IMG/VR virus record: IMGVR_UViG_3300025437_000010
Coordinates: 1-64,000 of that record
Strand: one strand, 5' to 3'
Origin: a virus
DNA: 64,000 nucleotides
In this document: positions 1 to 10,728 of the stretch, piece after piece
Numbering within the stretch: position 1 is the first letter of the stretch
Layout: each line of letters starts with the position of its first letter
Notes under the pieces: model-generated
The model's database searches: none
What the model saw: the letters and a program-made list of their open reading frames with translations, nothing else
What the model was told of the DNA's origin: nothing
Translations under genes and position numbers: made by a program

Positions 1-1
1 A

Positions 2-2242
2 AATATCACATCCCTTGGCAATTTGACTAGTCTGAATATGGCAGGCGTTGCTAATTTGGGTCCAACTAGTAACATTGTCATTACTGGTGGAACTGTAAAC
101 CAAGTGCTTGTTTCTAACGGATCAGGTGGAGTAAATTGGTTAAGCACTACCGCATTGACTATTGCACCGGGGTCAAATACTCAGGTTCTGTTCAATGATA
201 GTGGAAACTTTGCAGCACAGCCGGGATTAACCTTCAATAAGACAACAAATGCACTTAGTGTCACCGGTAATATCAGTGGGGGTAATGGTGTATTTACTAG
301 CGTATTTGGTAGCGGAACGGCATTAACAAATCTTCCAGCCGGAAATCTAACCGGAAATATTTCAAGTGCAACTCAGGCAAATATTACACAAACAGGAACA
401 CTATCTTCATTGATTGTTTCCGGCAACATCAATTCCGGAAATATATCTGCACCAAGTGGTAGTGTTATTGGTAGTTTGTTGACTGGAACACTAACAACAA
501 ATGCTCAACCAAATATTACTTCCGTTGGAACGTTATCCACTCTTACGGTAACGGGTAACATTACTGGCAACGGCGCAAATCTAAGTTCATTATCAGGACC
601 AAATGTAATTGGAACGGTAGCAAATGCAAATTATGCAGTATATGCACAGCAATTGGTAGGTGGATCAGGCGTATCTACGGCAAATACAGTAACAAATGCG
701 GCGCAGCCAAACATTACCTCTGTTGGAACATTAACATACTTAATTACATCCGGAAACATCAATGCTGGAAATATAATAGTTCCAAGTGGCACTATTACTG
801 GTAACCTAATCGGCACAGCATCCACCGCAAATACAGTAACAAATGCAGCGCAGCCAAACATTACCTCTGTTGGAACACTTTCAAACCTAACTGTTACTGG
901 AAATATTTCAACAGGAAATCTGATATCAGCAAGCAATGTGTCTGCAAATGGAGTCGTGATCACTAATCCAAACGCAACGACAAGTTTATATTATGATAGT
1001 CCAAACAATGCAATAGGCGCGTTTCAAGGTAACCTTGCAAATTATGTGCAGGTATATATTTGGAATTCAAACGTAAGTCAGAACACATCTGCCGACTTTG
1101 CAATTTATGATACTACTGGACCTTCAAGTAATAATTTCATTGATATTGGTATTCTAAGTAATACTTGGAGCAATGGATCATGGACCGTTACTGGACCATC
1201 AGATGGTTATGTATACACAGGTAATACAAATTTAGGCATCGGCACGGCAGGAAACGCTAATGTTATATTCTTTACGGGAGGACAGTTAGCAAGCAATGAA
1301 CGTATGCGTATTGCTTCAAATGGTTATGTAGGTATTAACCAGACTAGCCCAGCATATACCTTGGATGTCACAGGAAATTCAAGAATTACTTCATCAGTAT
1401 TCATAGGAAATGCTGCTGCCAATACAACTATTAACGGTAATGGCGCAATACGTATAATTCCAAATAATGTTTCAGCAGCAAGTTGGTATGGCACCAATGC
1501 GAACGGCGTGGGAATAACACAAAACAATGCCACTTATACTGATACAACCTCAAGCGGAACAGCATCTTCTAATGTAAATATTAATTACTTTGGTCAATCT
1601 CAATTAAACGCATCAAATCCTGTAACATTCACTAATTTATATGGAACATATTTCTCTAATCCAGTTAACGGAACGAATGTAACTACTACTAACAATTTTG
1701 CAGTAGGAGTAGATTCATTATCGGTGAGTAGATTATTTGTTACTTCTACTGCCAACACAACCACCGGCACTACGATTACGCCTACGGCAGGAACCACAAA
1801 TCAATACAATATAACAGCACTGGCTACATCAGCAACCATCGCCGCTCCATCCGGAAATCCAGTAGATGGCCAGAAATTGATGTTACGTTTCACGGATAAC
1901 TTAACTTCTCAAGCACTGACATGGGCAAGTATATACCGTCCTATTGGAATATCATTCCCTAGTAGCACCGTATCAGGAAAAGTTTTGTATATGGCGTGTA
2001 TTTATAATGCAACTGGTGCGTATTTTTTTGGAAGCATTTCTGGCACTGCATTAACGGTAAATACTGTTTATTCGGGAACCATCGCCATCGGTATGGTTCT
2101 TAGCGGATCAGGCATAACATCAGGCACTACAATAACTGCCGGAAGTGGCACATCGTGGACGGTTAGTATTTCTCAAGCTACAAGTGGTTTTGTAAGTATT
2201 TCGGCAGCTTGTTGGGATGTCATTGCAGTAGCGGAACAATAA
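2..2242 (+). CDS. Tail fibre-like virion protein (5'-partial; frame is open from the window edge)
   Basis: Frame is open from base 2 (NITSLGNLTSL...). Contains AQPNITSVGTL repeats, an ERMRIASNGYVGI...P.YTLDV tail-fibre motif and Thr/Asn/Gly-rich composition. Confidence 0.8.
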   Translation, partial: NITSLGNLTSLNMAGVANLGPTSNIVITGGTVNQVLVSNGSGGVNWLSTTALTIAPGSNTQVLFNDSGNFAAQPGLTFNKTTNALSVTGNISGGNGVFTSVFGSGTALTNLPAGNLTGNISSATQANITQTGTLSSLIVSGNINSGNISAPSGSVIGSLLTGTLTTNAQPNITSVGTLSTLTVTGNITGNGANLSSLSGPNVIGTVANANYAVYAQQLVGGSGVSTANTVTNAAQPNITSVGTLTYLITSGNINAGNIIVPSGTITGNLIGTASTANTVTNAAQPNITSVGTLSNLTVTGNISTGNLISASNVSANGVVITNPNATTSLYYDSPNNAIGAFQGNLANYVQVYIWNSNVSQNTSADFAIYDTTGPSSNNFIDIGILSNTWSNGSWTVTGPSDGYVYTGNTNLGIGTAGNANVIFFTGGQLASNERMRIASNGYVGINQTSPAYTLDVTGNSRITSSVFIGNAAANTTINGNGAIRIIPNNVSAASWYGTNANGVGITQNNATYTDTTSSGTASSNVNINYFGQSQLNASNPVTFTNLYGTYFSNPVNGTNVTTTNNFAVGVDSLSVSRLFVTSTANTTTGTTITPTAGTTNQYNITALATSATIAAPSGNPVDGQKLMLRFTDNLTSQALTWASIYRPIGISFPSSTVSGKVLYMACIYNATGAYFFGSISGTALTVNTVYSGTIAIGMVLSGSGITSGTTITAGSGTSWTVSISQATSGFVSISAACWDVIAVAEQ
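680..877 (+). repeat. 51-bp near-identical direct repeat inside the tail fibre gene (680-730 and 827-877)
   Basis: gcaaatacagtaacaaatgc(g/a)gcgcagccaaacattacctctgttggaaca occurs twice with one mismatch and encodes ANTVTNAAQPNITSVGT. Confidence 0.9.
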
Positions 2243-2243
2243 A

Positions 2244-4118
2244 ATGACTACTATAAAAACGGTTTTAATTACTTCTGGAACTACTTGGACAATCCCAGTT
2301 GATTTTCTGTATAATTATCCATTTACCGTTACTTGTATTGGTGGTGGTGGCGGAGGAAGTGATGCGAATGCAAACCTTTTTGTGGCAGGCGGAGGCGGCG
2401 CGTGGTCACAAACCTCCTCTCTGACCATTTCATACCCGACCACCGTATACATATCGGTGGGAGCAGCAGGTAGTGGTGGAACCAACAGTTATGGCGGGAA
2501 TGGTGGTGATACTTGGCTTAATATAGCAACAAATGCAGCACCAACTTCAACTTCTCAGGGTGCTCTTGCCAAAGGAGGATTGGGCGGATCGACTGGCATT
2601 GGAGGACAAGCATCATCCGGTATAGGCAACATAACATATTCTGGAGGAAATGGCGCTACATCTTATTACGGCGGTGGCGGCTCAGCAGCTTCTTCGCTTG
2701 GTAATGGGTTTAACGGTGGCGGCGCCGCCTCATCCTCAGGTGGTGGTGGTGGTGGTGGAGGAACTGGCGGAGCCGGTACATATAATTCCACAAATAGTCC
2801 GGTGGCTGGAGGCGCAGCAGGGGCCAACGGCGGAGGGGGTGGTGGCAGTGGGGATGGCAATACCGGCAGCGGGGGCGGTGGTGTGGGCGTATCTGGTAGA
2901 GATATTTTGCTTAGTTCTGGATCATATGCTGGTGGTGGTGGAGGCGGCGGTGGCAGCGATGACTCCGGAGGCTTTGGCGGCCTTTATGGCGGCGGCGGTG
3001 GTGTGGGAAATAGTCAAGGTATATCGCCGGGGAATGGTGCGCAAGGCGCTATAATTATTCAATATACTGCGGCTACGACTAGCACTGTCCTTCTTACTAC
3101 CACAGGAAACAACATTTGGTATTATCCAGCCGGATTAGTTGTCACTTCTCCTATAAGCGTCGCTGTAATTGGTGCAGGAGGCAATGGAATTGTAAATCCA
3201 AACTCAGCAGGCTCTATCGGCGGCGGCGGTGGTGGATTTTCATTATCAAGTAACGTGTATTTAAGTGCAAATTCTACGTATGCATATTATTATATACCAT
3301 CTGGTGGTTCAACATCTAATGTATATTTTAACACATTAAGTTCTGGTCCCCCTAGTAACCCTACTAACGGTGCTTTAGCAAGAAGTGCTACTGGAAATGT
3401 CGGTGGTAATACTACGGGGGCTGTTGGGAATGTTCTCACCTATGGTGGAAATAGTTACACTAGTACGACTTCAGGTTTTAGTGGCGGTTCTGGCGGTGGT
3501 GGTGCAGGCGGACCATCAGGTAATGGTGGTTTTGGTGTAGGAGCAAACTCCAACACCGGAACCAATTCTGGCGGCGGCGGCGGCGGGGGTGGCCAGCTAA
3601 TCGTCGCTTTTTTTGCACAATATGGGCAGGGTACCAGTAATGCTGTCCCATACGCAGGAGGATGGGGACAAGGCAATCCCTCCAGTGGTGGAAACGTCGC
3701 AAATGGTGATGGACAAAACGGAACAATTAATCTTTATGGACCGGGTGGCGGCGGCGGGCGCGGCAATAGTTTAGGAACATATTTAGCCCCCGGTGGTGGC
3801 GGCTTGGGTGGAAATGGTGGTCATGCAAATATATATACTATCACTGCCGGAGCATATGTTGGTCAACTTGTAGGACCGGGCGGCGGCGGAGGAGGGGGCG
3901 GCGGCGCTAATGGAGTCGGTTCAGCCGGTTCTCCGAACTATGGGGGGTATGGTGGAAACGGCGGTCTATTTGGCGGCGGTGGCGGCGGCGCTGGTGGCAC
4001 AGGCGTATCACGTTCATATTTAACTACTGGAGGATTCGGCGCTCAAGGTGCGATTATTCTCACTTATTATAGTCAACCGGTCGTGCAAACCTCTAATATG
4101 CTTATGATGTTTTTTTAA
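2244..4118 (+). CDS. Glycine-rich tail adhesin / receptor-binding protein with two tandem Gly-rich domains
   Basis: Two units, each running from V.xIG(G/A)GG to GAQGAII(I/L)xY. Poly-Gly runs, hydrophobic C-terminus MLMMFF, located directly after the tail fibre. Confidence 0.75.
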   Translation: MTTIKTVLITSGTTWTIPVDFLYNYPFTVTCIGGGGGGSDANANLFVAGGGGAWSQTSSLTISYPTTVYISVGAAGSGGTNSYGGNGGDTWLNIATNAAPTSTSQGALAKGGLGGSTGIGGQASSGIGNITYSGGNGATSYYGGGGSAASSLGNGFNGGGAASSSGGGGGGGGTGGAGTYNSTNSPVAGGAAGANGGGGGGSGDGNTGSGGGGVGVSGRDILLSSGSYAGGGGGGGGSDDSGGFGGLYGGGGGVGNSQGISPGNGAQGAIIIQYTAATTSTVLLTTTGNNIWYYPAGLVVTSPISVAVIGAGGNGIVNPNSAGSIGGGGGGFSLSSNVYLSANSTYAYYYIPSGGSTSNVYFNTLSSGPPSNPTNGALARSATGNVGGNTTGAVGNVLTYGGNSYTSTTSGFSGGSGGGGAGGPSGNGGFGVGANSNTGTNSGGGGGGGGQLIVAFFAQYGQGTSNAVPYAGGWGQGNPSSGGNVANGDGQNGTINLYGPGGGGGRGNSLGTYLAPGGGGLGGNGGHANIYTITAGAYVGQLVGPGGGGGGGGGANGVGSAGSPNYGGYGGNGGLFGGGGGGAGGTGVSRSYLTTGGFGAQGAIILTYYSQPVVQTSNMLMMFF

Positions 4119-4135
4119 GAAATGGAACTTACATA

Positions 4136-4909
4136 ATGACGATAGTACCATCAGGAATAATCAGTTTGGGTGGAATTGTCCAATCATCCGGACTAAATGA
4201 ATCAATTGAATACGAATTATATCAAAACGGTAAAGGCTATAATGGATCGGGGAATGCTACTATTTCTCTAAATGATGCTGCCGTAAGAACCCTTGCTGGA
4301 ATTCCTTCTGGACCCATTTCATTTGCCGACCTATATGGAAAAACTGCATTCAGTCCAACCCTTCATATTCATACAACAACTGGCTCCGGAACAGAAACTA
4401 TACCAGTGGGTGCGGCGACAATGGTAATTGAAGTTTGGGGAGGCGGCGGTGGTGCTGGTATTGGTACGAAAACAGGTGCTTCTACTGGCGGCGGTGGTGC
4501 TGGTGGTTACTCTAGATCATCGTATAACGTGATAGGATATTCGGGACAAACCATAAATTATACTGTCGGGGCAGGCGGAACTGGAATAACTGATGGTCTA
4601 GCATCTAACGTATCATCCAATTCTTATACATTAACAACTATGCAAGGATATGGTGGTACACATTCTCCCAACAGCGCGACTTTGACTGGTGCTGGAGGAA
4701 ATGGTGGTTCAGCTACAGGTGGCAATCAAGCAAACTATAATGGTATGTCAGGCGATGCAGCAGACGGTGCTGGCGGCGTGGGGGGCGAAGGTACAACAGG
4801 AAGCGTTGCTGGAGATGGTTCTCCATATGGTAAAGGTGCAGATGGAAGCACATATCCAAGTCCAGCAACTTCTGGTTATAATGGTGCAGTCGTGTTTTAC
4901 TATACTTAA
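4136..4909 (+). CDS. Glycine-rich tail fibre tip / adhesin-like protein
   Basis: N-terminal ISLNDAAVRTLAGIPSGPISFADLYGK motif, then an EVWGGGGGAG Gly-rich domain ending GAVVFYY. Confidence 0.7.
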   Translation: MTIVPSGIISLGGIVQSSGLNESIEYELYQNGKGYNGSGNATISLNDAAVRTLAGIPSGPISFADLYGKTAFSPTLHIHTTTGSGTETIPVGAATMVIEVWGGGGGAGIGTKTGASTGGGGAGGYSRSSYNVIGYSGQTINYTVGAGGTGITDGLASNVSSNSYTLTTMQGYGGTHSPNSATLTGAGGNGGSATGGNQANYNGMSGDAADGAGGVGGEGTTGSVAGDGSPYGKGADGSTYPSPATSGYNGAVVFYYT

Positions 4910-4913
4910 ATCG

Positions 4914-4920
4914 ATAAATA
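4914..4920 (+). promoter_or_regulatory. T4-like late promoter (ATAAATA)
   Basis: ATAAATA lies 25 nt upstream of the endolysin ATG; the same motif recurs before many late genes. Confidence 0.6.
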
Positions 4921-4945
4921 GTTTTAATATATTGAAGGAATTTAA

Positions 4946-5569
4946 ATGATCACATTGGAGCTATTACAACACATGTGTCCACATACACCCACAGCAACTC
5001 TTGGGATGTTTGTTGATCCTCTTAATGATGTTGCTAAGCATTACGACATGTTGGAAAACCCGAAACGTGAAGCAGCGTTTGTGGCACAAGTTGCACATGA
5101 ATCGGGAGGGTTCACCGCAACCAAAGAAAATTTAAAATATAAAGCAGCATCATTGATGAAAACCTTTCACAAATACTTTCCTTCAATGGCTTTAGCAATG
5201 GAATATGAACGCCAGCCAGAAAAGATCGCCAATCGTGTCTATGCGAATCGCATGGGCAACGGGAATGAAGCATCAGGTGATGGATGGTTATTCCATGGAC
5301 GCGGATTGATTCAGTTAACTGGTCGCGACAATTACACACGTTTTGCAACTGCAATCGGTAAAACAGTTGAAGACGCTGCTGCATATATGGAAACTGCCGC
5401 TGGGGCAACCGCATCTGCTGGTTGGTTTTGGCATGCAAATAAATTAAATGCATATTGCGACACTGATAACTTTGTAATGTTGACGCGTAGAATTAATGGT
5501 GGAACTATTGGCATTGAAGATAGAAAAAGACTCTATCTTCTTGCTCTCGGTTCTATATCTCACGGTTAA
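4946..5569 (+). CDS. Glycoside hydrolase family 19 (chitinase-like) endolysin
   Basis: GH19 motifs AAFVAQVAHESGGF, FHGRGLIQLTGRDNY, SAGWFW and TRRINGG. Confidence 0.9.
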   Translation: MITLELLQHMCPHTPTATLGMFVDPLNDVAKHYDMLENPKREAAFVAQVAHESGGFTATKENLKYKAASLMKTFHKYFPSMALAMEYERQPEKIANRVYANRMGNGNEASGDGWLFHGRGLIQLTGRDNYTRFATAIGKTVEDAAAYMETAAGATASAGWFWHANKLNAYCDTDNFVMLTRRINGGTIGIEDRKRLYLLALGSISHG

Positions 5570-5577
5570 GGATTATT

Positions 5578-8445
5578 ATGTCACAACCAGTTTGGAATAC
5601 ACCTAGTGGAACCATTGGAACCTATCCTTCCTTAGTATCATTAACATTTCAGTTATCAGCAAGTGCAATATTGCCTGCTGTTTCTGTTACATATGCAATA
5701 ATCAGCGGAAATTTACCAACTGGTCTGGGGTTAAGTACTTCTGGATTAATTTCAGGTATACCAACTTTAGTAACGGATAACACATCCTATTCTTTTGTCG
5801 TAAGAGCAACGGATAATCTTGGAAATATTAGAGATATAACATTATCTGTTACTATTTCGGGATCAGCAAATCCAAGATTTACGATTCCGGCAGGAAATTT
5901 ATTGACAACTACGGATAGTACTTGGATAGAATTTCCAGTAACATATAATAATCCTATTTCAACTAATGAAGTAATTGTTAATGTTGTTGAAGGAAGACTT
6001 CCACCCGGCATAGAGATAAATGAATATGGTTTAATACGCGGGTATGCACAGCCTCCTGTAATTCAAGTAAATCTGCAAGCAGAGACTACAAATATCGTAG
6101 CAATCAGTAATAATCAATTAATATGCCTGAGCACTGCTGGGTTTGAAATTAATAGACCTATAGTATTTTCCGGAACAACATTTGGTGGATTAGTTGCTGG
6201 TCAGACATATTATGTTTTATCAATCATTGATCAAAGCACTTTTACTATTTCCAACACTGTTAATGGAAGCCCACTGTCACTGACCAATGGGGTTGGTTAT
6301 ATGTCAGCATCACTTCCTTCAATTACTGTTGGTCAACCAATAGTGCAAACGTACTCTTTTATTCTTAAACTTAACAGTATATTGGGAACTGACATTGCTT
6401 CTTATAGCATAACGGTTATTAATCAAAATACTCCTTCAAGCCAAGGAGGACCGGGCAATCCACCAAACACGAGAATACCCACAATTTATAACACGCGACC
6501 AGAAACATATTTACTTGATTCTAATCAACAAGAATTTGGTTATTACGTTCTGCCAGCAAATTCTAATGGCGCTACCTATCTTCCATCTCAGAATGCATAT
6601 ATAAATGAATTTAATAGTGGAGATTTCCTTGCATTTAAAATTCTTGGGCATGATTTTGACAATAATACCTTGACTTATTTATATACAGGACTGCCTGCCG
6701 GATTGACTGGTGACCCAAACACCGGATGGATTACTGGAACTCCCATGATCACTGTAAATACTATCACTGAATATTACTTTACTGCACAAGTAGTAAAAAC
6801 TAATAATACTAGTATAGCATCTCCAGTATTTAATTTTTCTCTTAAGTTGACAAACCAAATTAGTGGTATAATAACTTGGGTGACAAACTCCAATCTTGGT
6901 CAAATCAATAATGGATCGGTTAGCACTCTGAGTGTGTCAGCCACATCAGATGTTCCATTGTTATATACTTTAGTATCAGGAACACTTCCACCCAACCTCA
7001 CATTATACAGTGATGGTGAAATAGCAGGGACTGTGGCATATCAACCGACCTCAGCTTTATTGCCTCAAGGGGCTTCTACCACTTTCACTTTTACTATACA
7101 GGCATATTCTCCAACATTTCCAACGGTAATCAATTCCAATCAGACGTTTACCTTGACAATTTATCAAGAATTTGAATATCCGACCGACACGTTATATATT
7201 CAGTGCACACCAAGCATGCAAGACAGAAGTTTGCTCACCACATTATTAACTAATGATACTCTTATTCCGCCAGACTTTATCTATAGACCAAATGACGTAA
7301 ACTTTGGTAAAGCAAAAGGTGTCATATATGAACATGCTTACGGTATCAATGCAAGTAACGTTGATCAATATATAGCAGCCGTTACTGAAAACCATTACTG
7401 GAGAAATATCACTCTTGGAAACATTGAGACTGCTGTTGCCAGAGATAATAATGGTAATATTGTATATGAAGTGGTATACAGCAGAGTCGTTGATAATCTT
7501 GTTAATCCACCTGCGGTAAATCAGAATTACAGTAATTATCAAACATATTCACAAACAAATTATGTTTCTCCTTATGGTATTAGCGTTGCTAAGCAAGTAA
7601 CATGGCCATTTCCCATTCCTTTAAATCTTGGACCATGGTATACTTCAGAAGAAGATATATATGCTAGTTATATCGGCGGCACTAATACAATGGATGGGAC
7701 AATAACCCAAACCGCATCATCAGGAAATGTGATCACATGTCAATCTACTCAAGGATTAAATGTCAATGATTATATCATTTTCATTGGAACTCCATTTGGT
7801 GGAGTAAACATTAATACTACCTATTACATTGTAAGCATTCTAAGCAGTACGCAAATAGTAATTTCAATGTCAGAAGATGGAACACCAGTTACTCTGACCG
7901 ATTCCATAGGAAGTATGTCATTTGTTGCATGGACTGATCCTAAGGATTTCTATACAAGCCTGACTCCGGGATTTGCAGAAACAGTATATCCAAACTCATT
8001 ACCTAACATGAGGCTGCAAGTTGAAGATGTGCTTGGTGATCAAAATGCAATTGGTATTCTTCCAGATTGGATGTCAAGTCAGCAAAAGAACGGATCAACT
8101 CTTGGATTTACTCCTGCTTGGGTCATTGCATATTGTTTACCCGGTTTAACCACATTACCAAATGGAACCACCGGAACCTATGCTCAGTATATTCAGTATC
8201 AAATTCAGAATAATTGGTTAAATCCAGTAGGTGAACTACAAACTCTTAATACTATAAATTTCAAGATTGATAGATTTACTGTGGATAAAAGTAATACGTA
8301 TGATTATAATACAACAGTTAATCCTCATGTATGGACTTCACTTCCCAGCGCCACTCCTGCCGCGAATCCAAAAAATGAATATGATTTCTATGTGCTGTTT
8401 CCACAAGAGACAATATTACCTACAACAACACAATTAGATTTGTGA
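5578..8445 (+). CDS. Large virion structural protein with putative Ig-like repeats (baseplate/tail)
   Basis: Repeated (S/E)G.LP.GL.L...G.I.G.P motifs and two GGL..(G/N).TYYV modules. Confidence 0.7.
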   Translation: MSQPVWNTPSGTIGTYPSLVSLTFQLSASAILPAVSVTYAIISGNLPTGLGLSTSGLISGIPTLVTDNTSYSFVVRATDNLGNIRDITLSVTISGSANPRFTIPAGNLLTTTDSTWIEFPVTYNNPISTNEVIVNVVEGRLPPGIEINEYGLIRGYAQPPVIQVNLQAETTNIVAISNNQLICLSTAGFEINRPIVFSGTTFGGLVAGQTYYVLSIIDQSTFTISNTVNGSPLSLTNGVGYMSASLPSITVGQPIVQTYSFILKLNSILGTDIASYSITVINQNTPSSQGGPGNPPNTRIPTIYNTRPETYLLDSNQQEFGYYVLPANSNGATYLPSQNAYINEFNSGDFLAFKILGHDFDNNTLTYLYTGLPAGLTGDPNTGWITGTPMITVNTITEYYFTAQVVKTNNTSIASPVFNFSLKLTNQISGIITWVTNSNLGQINNGSVSTLSVSATSDVPLLYTLVSGTLPPNLTLYSDGEIAGTVAYQPTSALLPQGASTTFTFTIQAYSPTFPTVINSNQTFTLTIYQEFEYPTDTLYIQCTPSMQDRSLLTTLLTNDTLIPPDFIYRPNDVNFGKAKGVIYEHAYGINASNVDQYIAAVTENHYWRNITLGNIETAVARDNNGNIVYEVVYSRVVDNLVNPPAVNQNYSNYQTYSQTNYVSPYGISVAKQVTWPFPIPLNLGPWYTSEEDIYASYIGGTNTMDGTITQTASSGNVITCQSTQGLNVNDYIIFIGTPFGGVNINTTYYIVSILSSTQIVISMSEDGTPVTLTDSIGSMSFVAWTDPKDFYTSLTPGFAETVYPNSLPNMRLQVEDVLGDQNAIGILPDWMSSQQKNGSTLGFTPAWVIAYCLPGLTTLPNGTTGTYAQYIQYQIQNNWLNPVGELQTLNTINFKIDRFTVDKSNTYDYNTTVNPHVWTSLPSATPAANPKNEYDFYVLFPQETILPTTTQLDL

Positions 8446-8470
8446 TTTTTGTAATGAATAATTAAAAGCA

Positions 8471-8477
8471 ATAAATA
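8471..8477 (+). promoter_or_regulatory. T4-like late promoter
   Basis: ATAAATA in the intergenic gap upstream of 8502. Confidence 0.55.
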
Positions 8478-8501
8478 CAATATCAAATTAGGAATTTAAG
8501 T

Positions 8502-9527
8502 GTGAGTCAGATCAATACCAATGGAATTAATGTAAACTATCCTGTGCCGGGTAAAAATAATTCAACACAGGGATTCAGAGATAATTTTACGCAAATTTCT
8601 GCACAGTTGAATACTGCTGGAACAGAAATTACCGACTTGCAATCTAAAGTAGTTTTGAAGGCCGCGCTGAACAATACAGTTCTTAATAATGACATGGCTA
8701 ATACCTTGATTAGTAATGCATCCACAAGCGGTTTCAGAGCAACTACATATAATTTAGGTAATGCCATCGCCGGAACTGTGTTAGTTAACGTTAATCAGGC
8801 CGATGTTCAGTATGGTGCCATTACTGGAAATACTATTCTTCAGTTCGGAAACTGGTCACCCACGAATACAGAAAGCAATGTTGTGTTAAGATTGAGCATC
8901 TCTAATGCCAATGCTACAATTTCTTTGCCAAGTGCATGTGTCAATTCAAACAATAATTTTGGTGTTACCCTTTTGGAAAACTACTCAAATGTAGGTGGCG
9001 TCGCGACACTAAGTGCACCTGCAAATGTATCCATTTTGGAGTATAGATTCTCTACGGTTGATTGTGGAAATACCATTACAGTTGAACCCGTGAACCGCCC
9101 ATATCAATCTACTGAGATTCAACAACGCACACCTTCACCTTATGGTTCACTGGGAGATACCGCTGGAACAGTTGCTGTTGATGCTAACTATGTTTATGTA
9201 TGCACTGGAAGTTATAATTCAACATCAAATGTAGCAACACTTACAAACACATATGCAACTGGAAATCTAATCACATTGAGCAGCACGACAAATCTTACGG
9301 TTAATGCGCCAATCGTGTTTACAGGAAATGTGTTTGGTGGGCTGGTGGCAAACACCGTCTATTATGTTTCTTATCTGAGCACTCCAAATATTGCAGTAAG
9401 TGCCACCCGCACCAGTGGAACCCATGGTGCAAATTTTGCATTAAGTACTGCTACCGGAAATGCTGTCGCTTCGTATTATACCAGCGGAACAGAAATTTGG
9501 TCCCGCATACCGTTGCAAACGTGGTAA
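8502..9527 (+). CDS. Virion structural protein
   Basis: N-terminal INVNYPVPGKNNSTQGFRDNF and C-terminal W.RIPLQTW motifs typical of phage tail proteins; GTG start with AGGA RBS. Confidence 0.65.
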   Translation: MSQINTNGINVNYPVPGKNNSTQGFRDNFTQISAQLNTAGTEITDLQSKVVLKAALNNTVLNNDMANTLISNASTSGFRATTYNLGNAIAGTVLVNVNQADVQYGAITGNTILQFGNWSPTNTESNVVLRLSISNANATISLPSACVNSNNNFGVTLLENYSNVGGVATLSAPANVSILEYRFSTVDCGNTITVEPVNRPYQSTEIQQRTPSPYGSLGDTAGTVAVDANYVYVCTGSYNSTSNVATLTNTYATGNLITLSSTTNLTVNAPIVFTGNVFGGLVANTVYYVSYLSTPNIAVSATRTSGTHGANFALSTATGNAVASYYTSGTEIWSRIPLQTW

Positions 9528-9534
9528 ATTAAAC

Positions 9535-9780
9535 ATGGAACATCCATTTATTAAAGGACTGGAAGAAAAAACTCTTGAAGAACTTCAAGAAGTAATTTCT
9601 GGTCTGACTTCTAAATTAACTTTCGCCCACAGAACACAAAATGGTCCGCTCATACATCAGATTCAAATGGCTATGGAAAGTTATAAGAATCAACATCGTA
9701 AAAAGATGGATGCTTTGTTTGAAAAACAAAAACTAAACACTAAAATTAACATACAGTCTGAAAATGAACACAAGAATTGA
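9535..9780 (+). CDS. Hypothetical protein (coiled-coil)
   Basis: ATG at 9535 (MEHPFIKG...) follows the previous stop. Confidence 0.6.
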   Translation: MEHPFIKGLEEKTLEELQEVISGLTSKLTFAHRTQNGPLIHQIQMAMESYKNQHRKKMDALFEKQKLNTKINIQSENEHKN

Positions 9781-10321
9781 AAAAGACTTCTTCTTTCAGT
9801 GCGGAGTGCACTTTAAGAATGAATATTATATAAACAATTATGATATCGTGCTCAGTTTTTTAGTTGAGACGGACTCAATGCATGAACAAAACATTGCTAT
9901 GGAACGTGTCGTTCATTACGTTACTAACGTACTTCAAAATGCTGTTCTTGTCGAATCTACGCAAGAAGATACAATAAATCTATACAAAGCAGCAAAAATG
10001 AAAATCTGTGAACTTCCACAAGAACCATATGATCAAATTTTTGGTATGGTGCTTTTGCTGAAATTAAATTCCATCATGGAAGGGCGCATGAAGATCACCG
10101 ACATGATAATGGGATCAATGCTTAGTGACGGAGTGAGATATAGCATCGTTGCAGAAGTTGCCGAAAGCGCGCTTAGTGGTAAACACTGGTGGAATCGTTC
10201 AAATATATGTCTGAGTGACAATGATTTAAAATGTCCAAATGGTGATAATATTTTAAAATTATTCAGTGATAACAAATGGTCTGATTTAGACCTACAGTGG
10301 AAAGAAAAATTAAAAAAATAA
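9764..10321 (+). CDS. Hypothetical protein
   Basis: 185-aa ORF overlapping the upstream gene in operon fashion. Confidence 0.6.
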   Translation: MNTRIEKDFFFQCGVHFKNEYYINNYDIVLSFLVETDSMHEQNIAMERVVHYVTNVLQNAVLVESTQEDTINLYKAAKMKICELPQEPYDQIFGMVLLLKLNSIMEGRMKITDMIMGSMLSDGVRYSIVAEVAESALSGKHWWNRSNICLSDNDLKCPNGDNILKLFSDNKWSDLDLQWKEKLKK

Positions 10322-10322
10322 A

Positions 10323-10350
10323 TTGACATGTTTTCTTTATTTGCTATAGT
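10323..10350 (+). promoter_or_regulatory. sigma70-type early promoter
   Basis: TTGACA-N16-TATAGT with an extended -10 TG, followed by an AGGAG RBS. Confidence 0.65.
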
Positions 10351-10372
10351 AGACGCAACAAGGAGACAAGTC

Positions 10373-10657
10373 ATGGAATTTGATAAAACAGATACCGATG
10401 GTCGGCGTTATAACGAAATTACGCTGCCCGGTGGAACATTTCGTGCATACGAAGATGATCCATATACTTGTCATCAAGTAAAACAATCGCCCGACGAACC
10501 GTGCTGGTTTGAGCCAGTGCTGGCTGCATGGGATCGTGGGGAATTTAAAGAAAAGACTGCCAAGGTAGTTCGTAATCCTAAGGACAAAGGCATCCTGCGC
10601 AAAGGTCCGGATGGGCTGTATGACGTTTTCTATGATATGCCTCTGGATGAAAAATAA
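10373..10657 (+). CDS. Hypothetical early protein
   Basis: AAGGAG RBS then ATG at 10373 (MEFDKTD...). Confidence 0.65.
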   Translation: MEFDKTDTDGRRYNEITLPGGTFRAYEDDPYTCHQVKQSPDEPCWFEPVLAAWDRGEFKEKTAKVVRNPKDKGILRKGPDGLYDVFYDMPLDEK

Positions 10658-10670
10658 TTCAAATTAATTG

Positions 10671-10699
10671 TTGACATGGCTATTTTGCTGCATTATAAG
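10671..10699 (+). promoter_or_regulatory. sigma70-type early promoter
   Basis: TTGACA-N17-TATAAG. Confidence 0.7.
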
Positions 10700-10728
10700 T
10701 GATGCATCGGAACACAAGGATACTTCAA

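Noticed and set aside
2650-3726. Pro-rich and other alternative-frame ORFs over the Gly-rich gene
   Set aside because: They are shadows of GGN codon runs. Most short antisense ORFs in the track are similar shadows of + strand genes.
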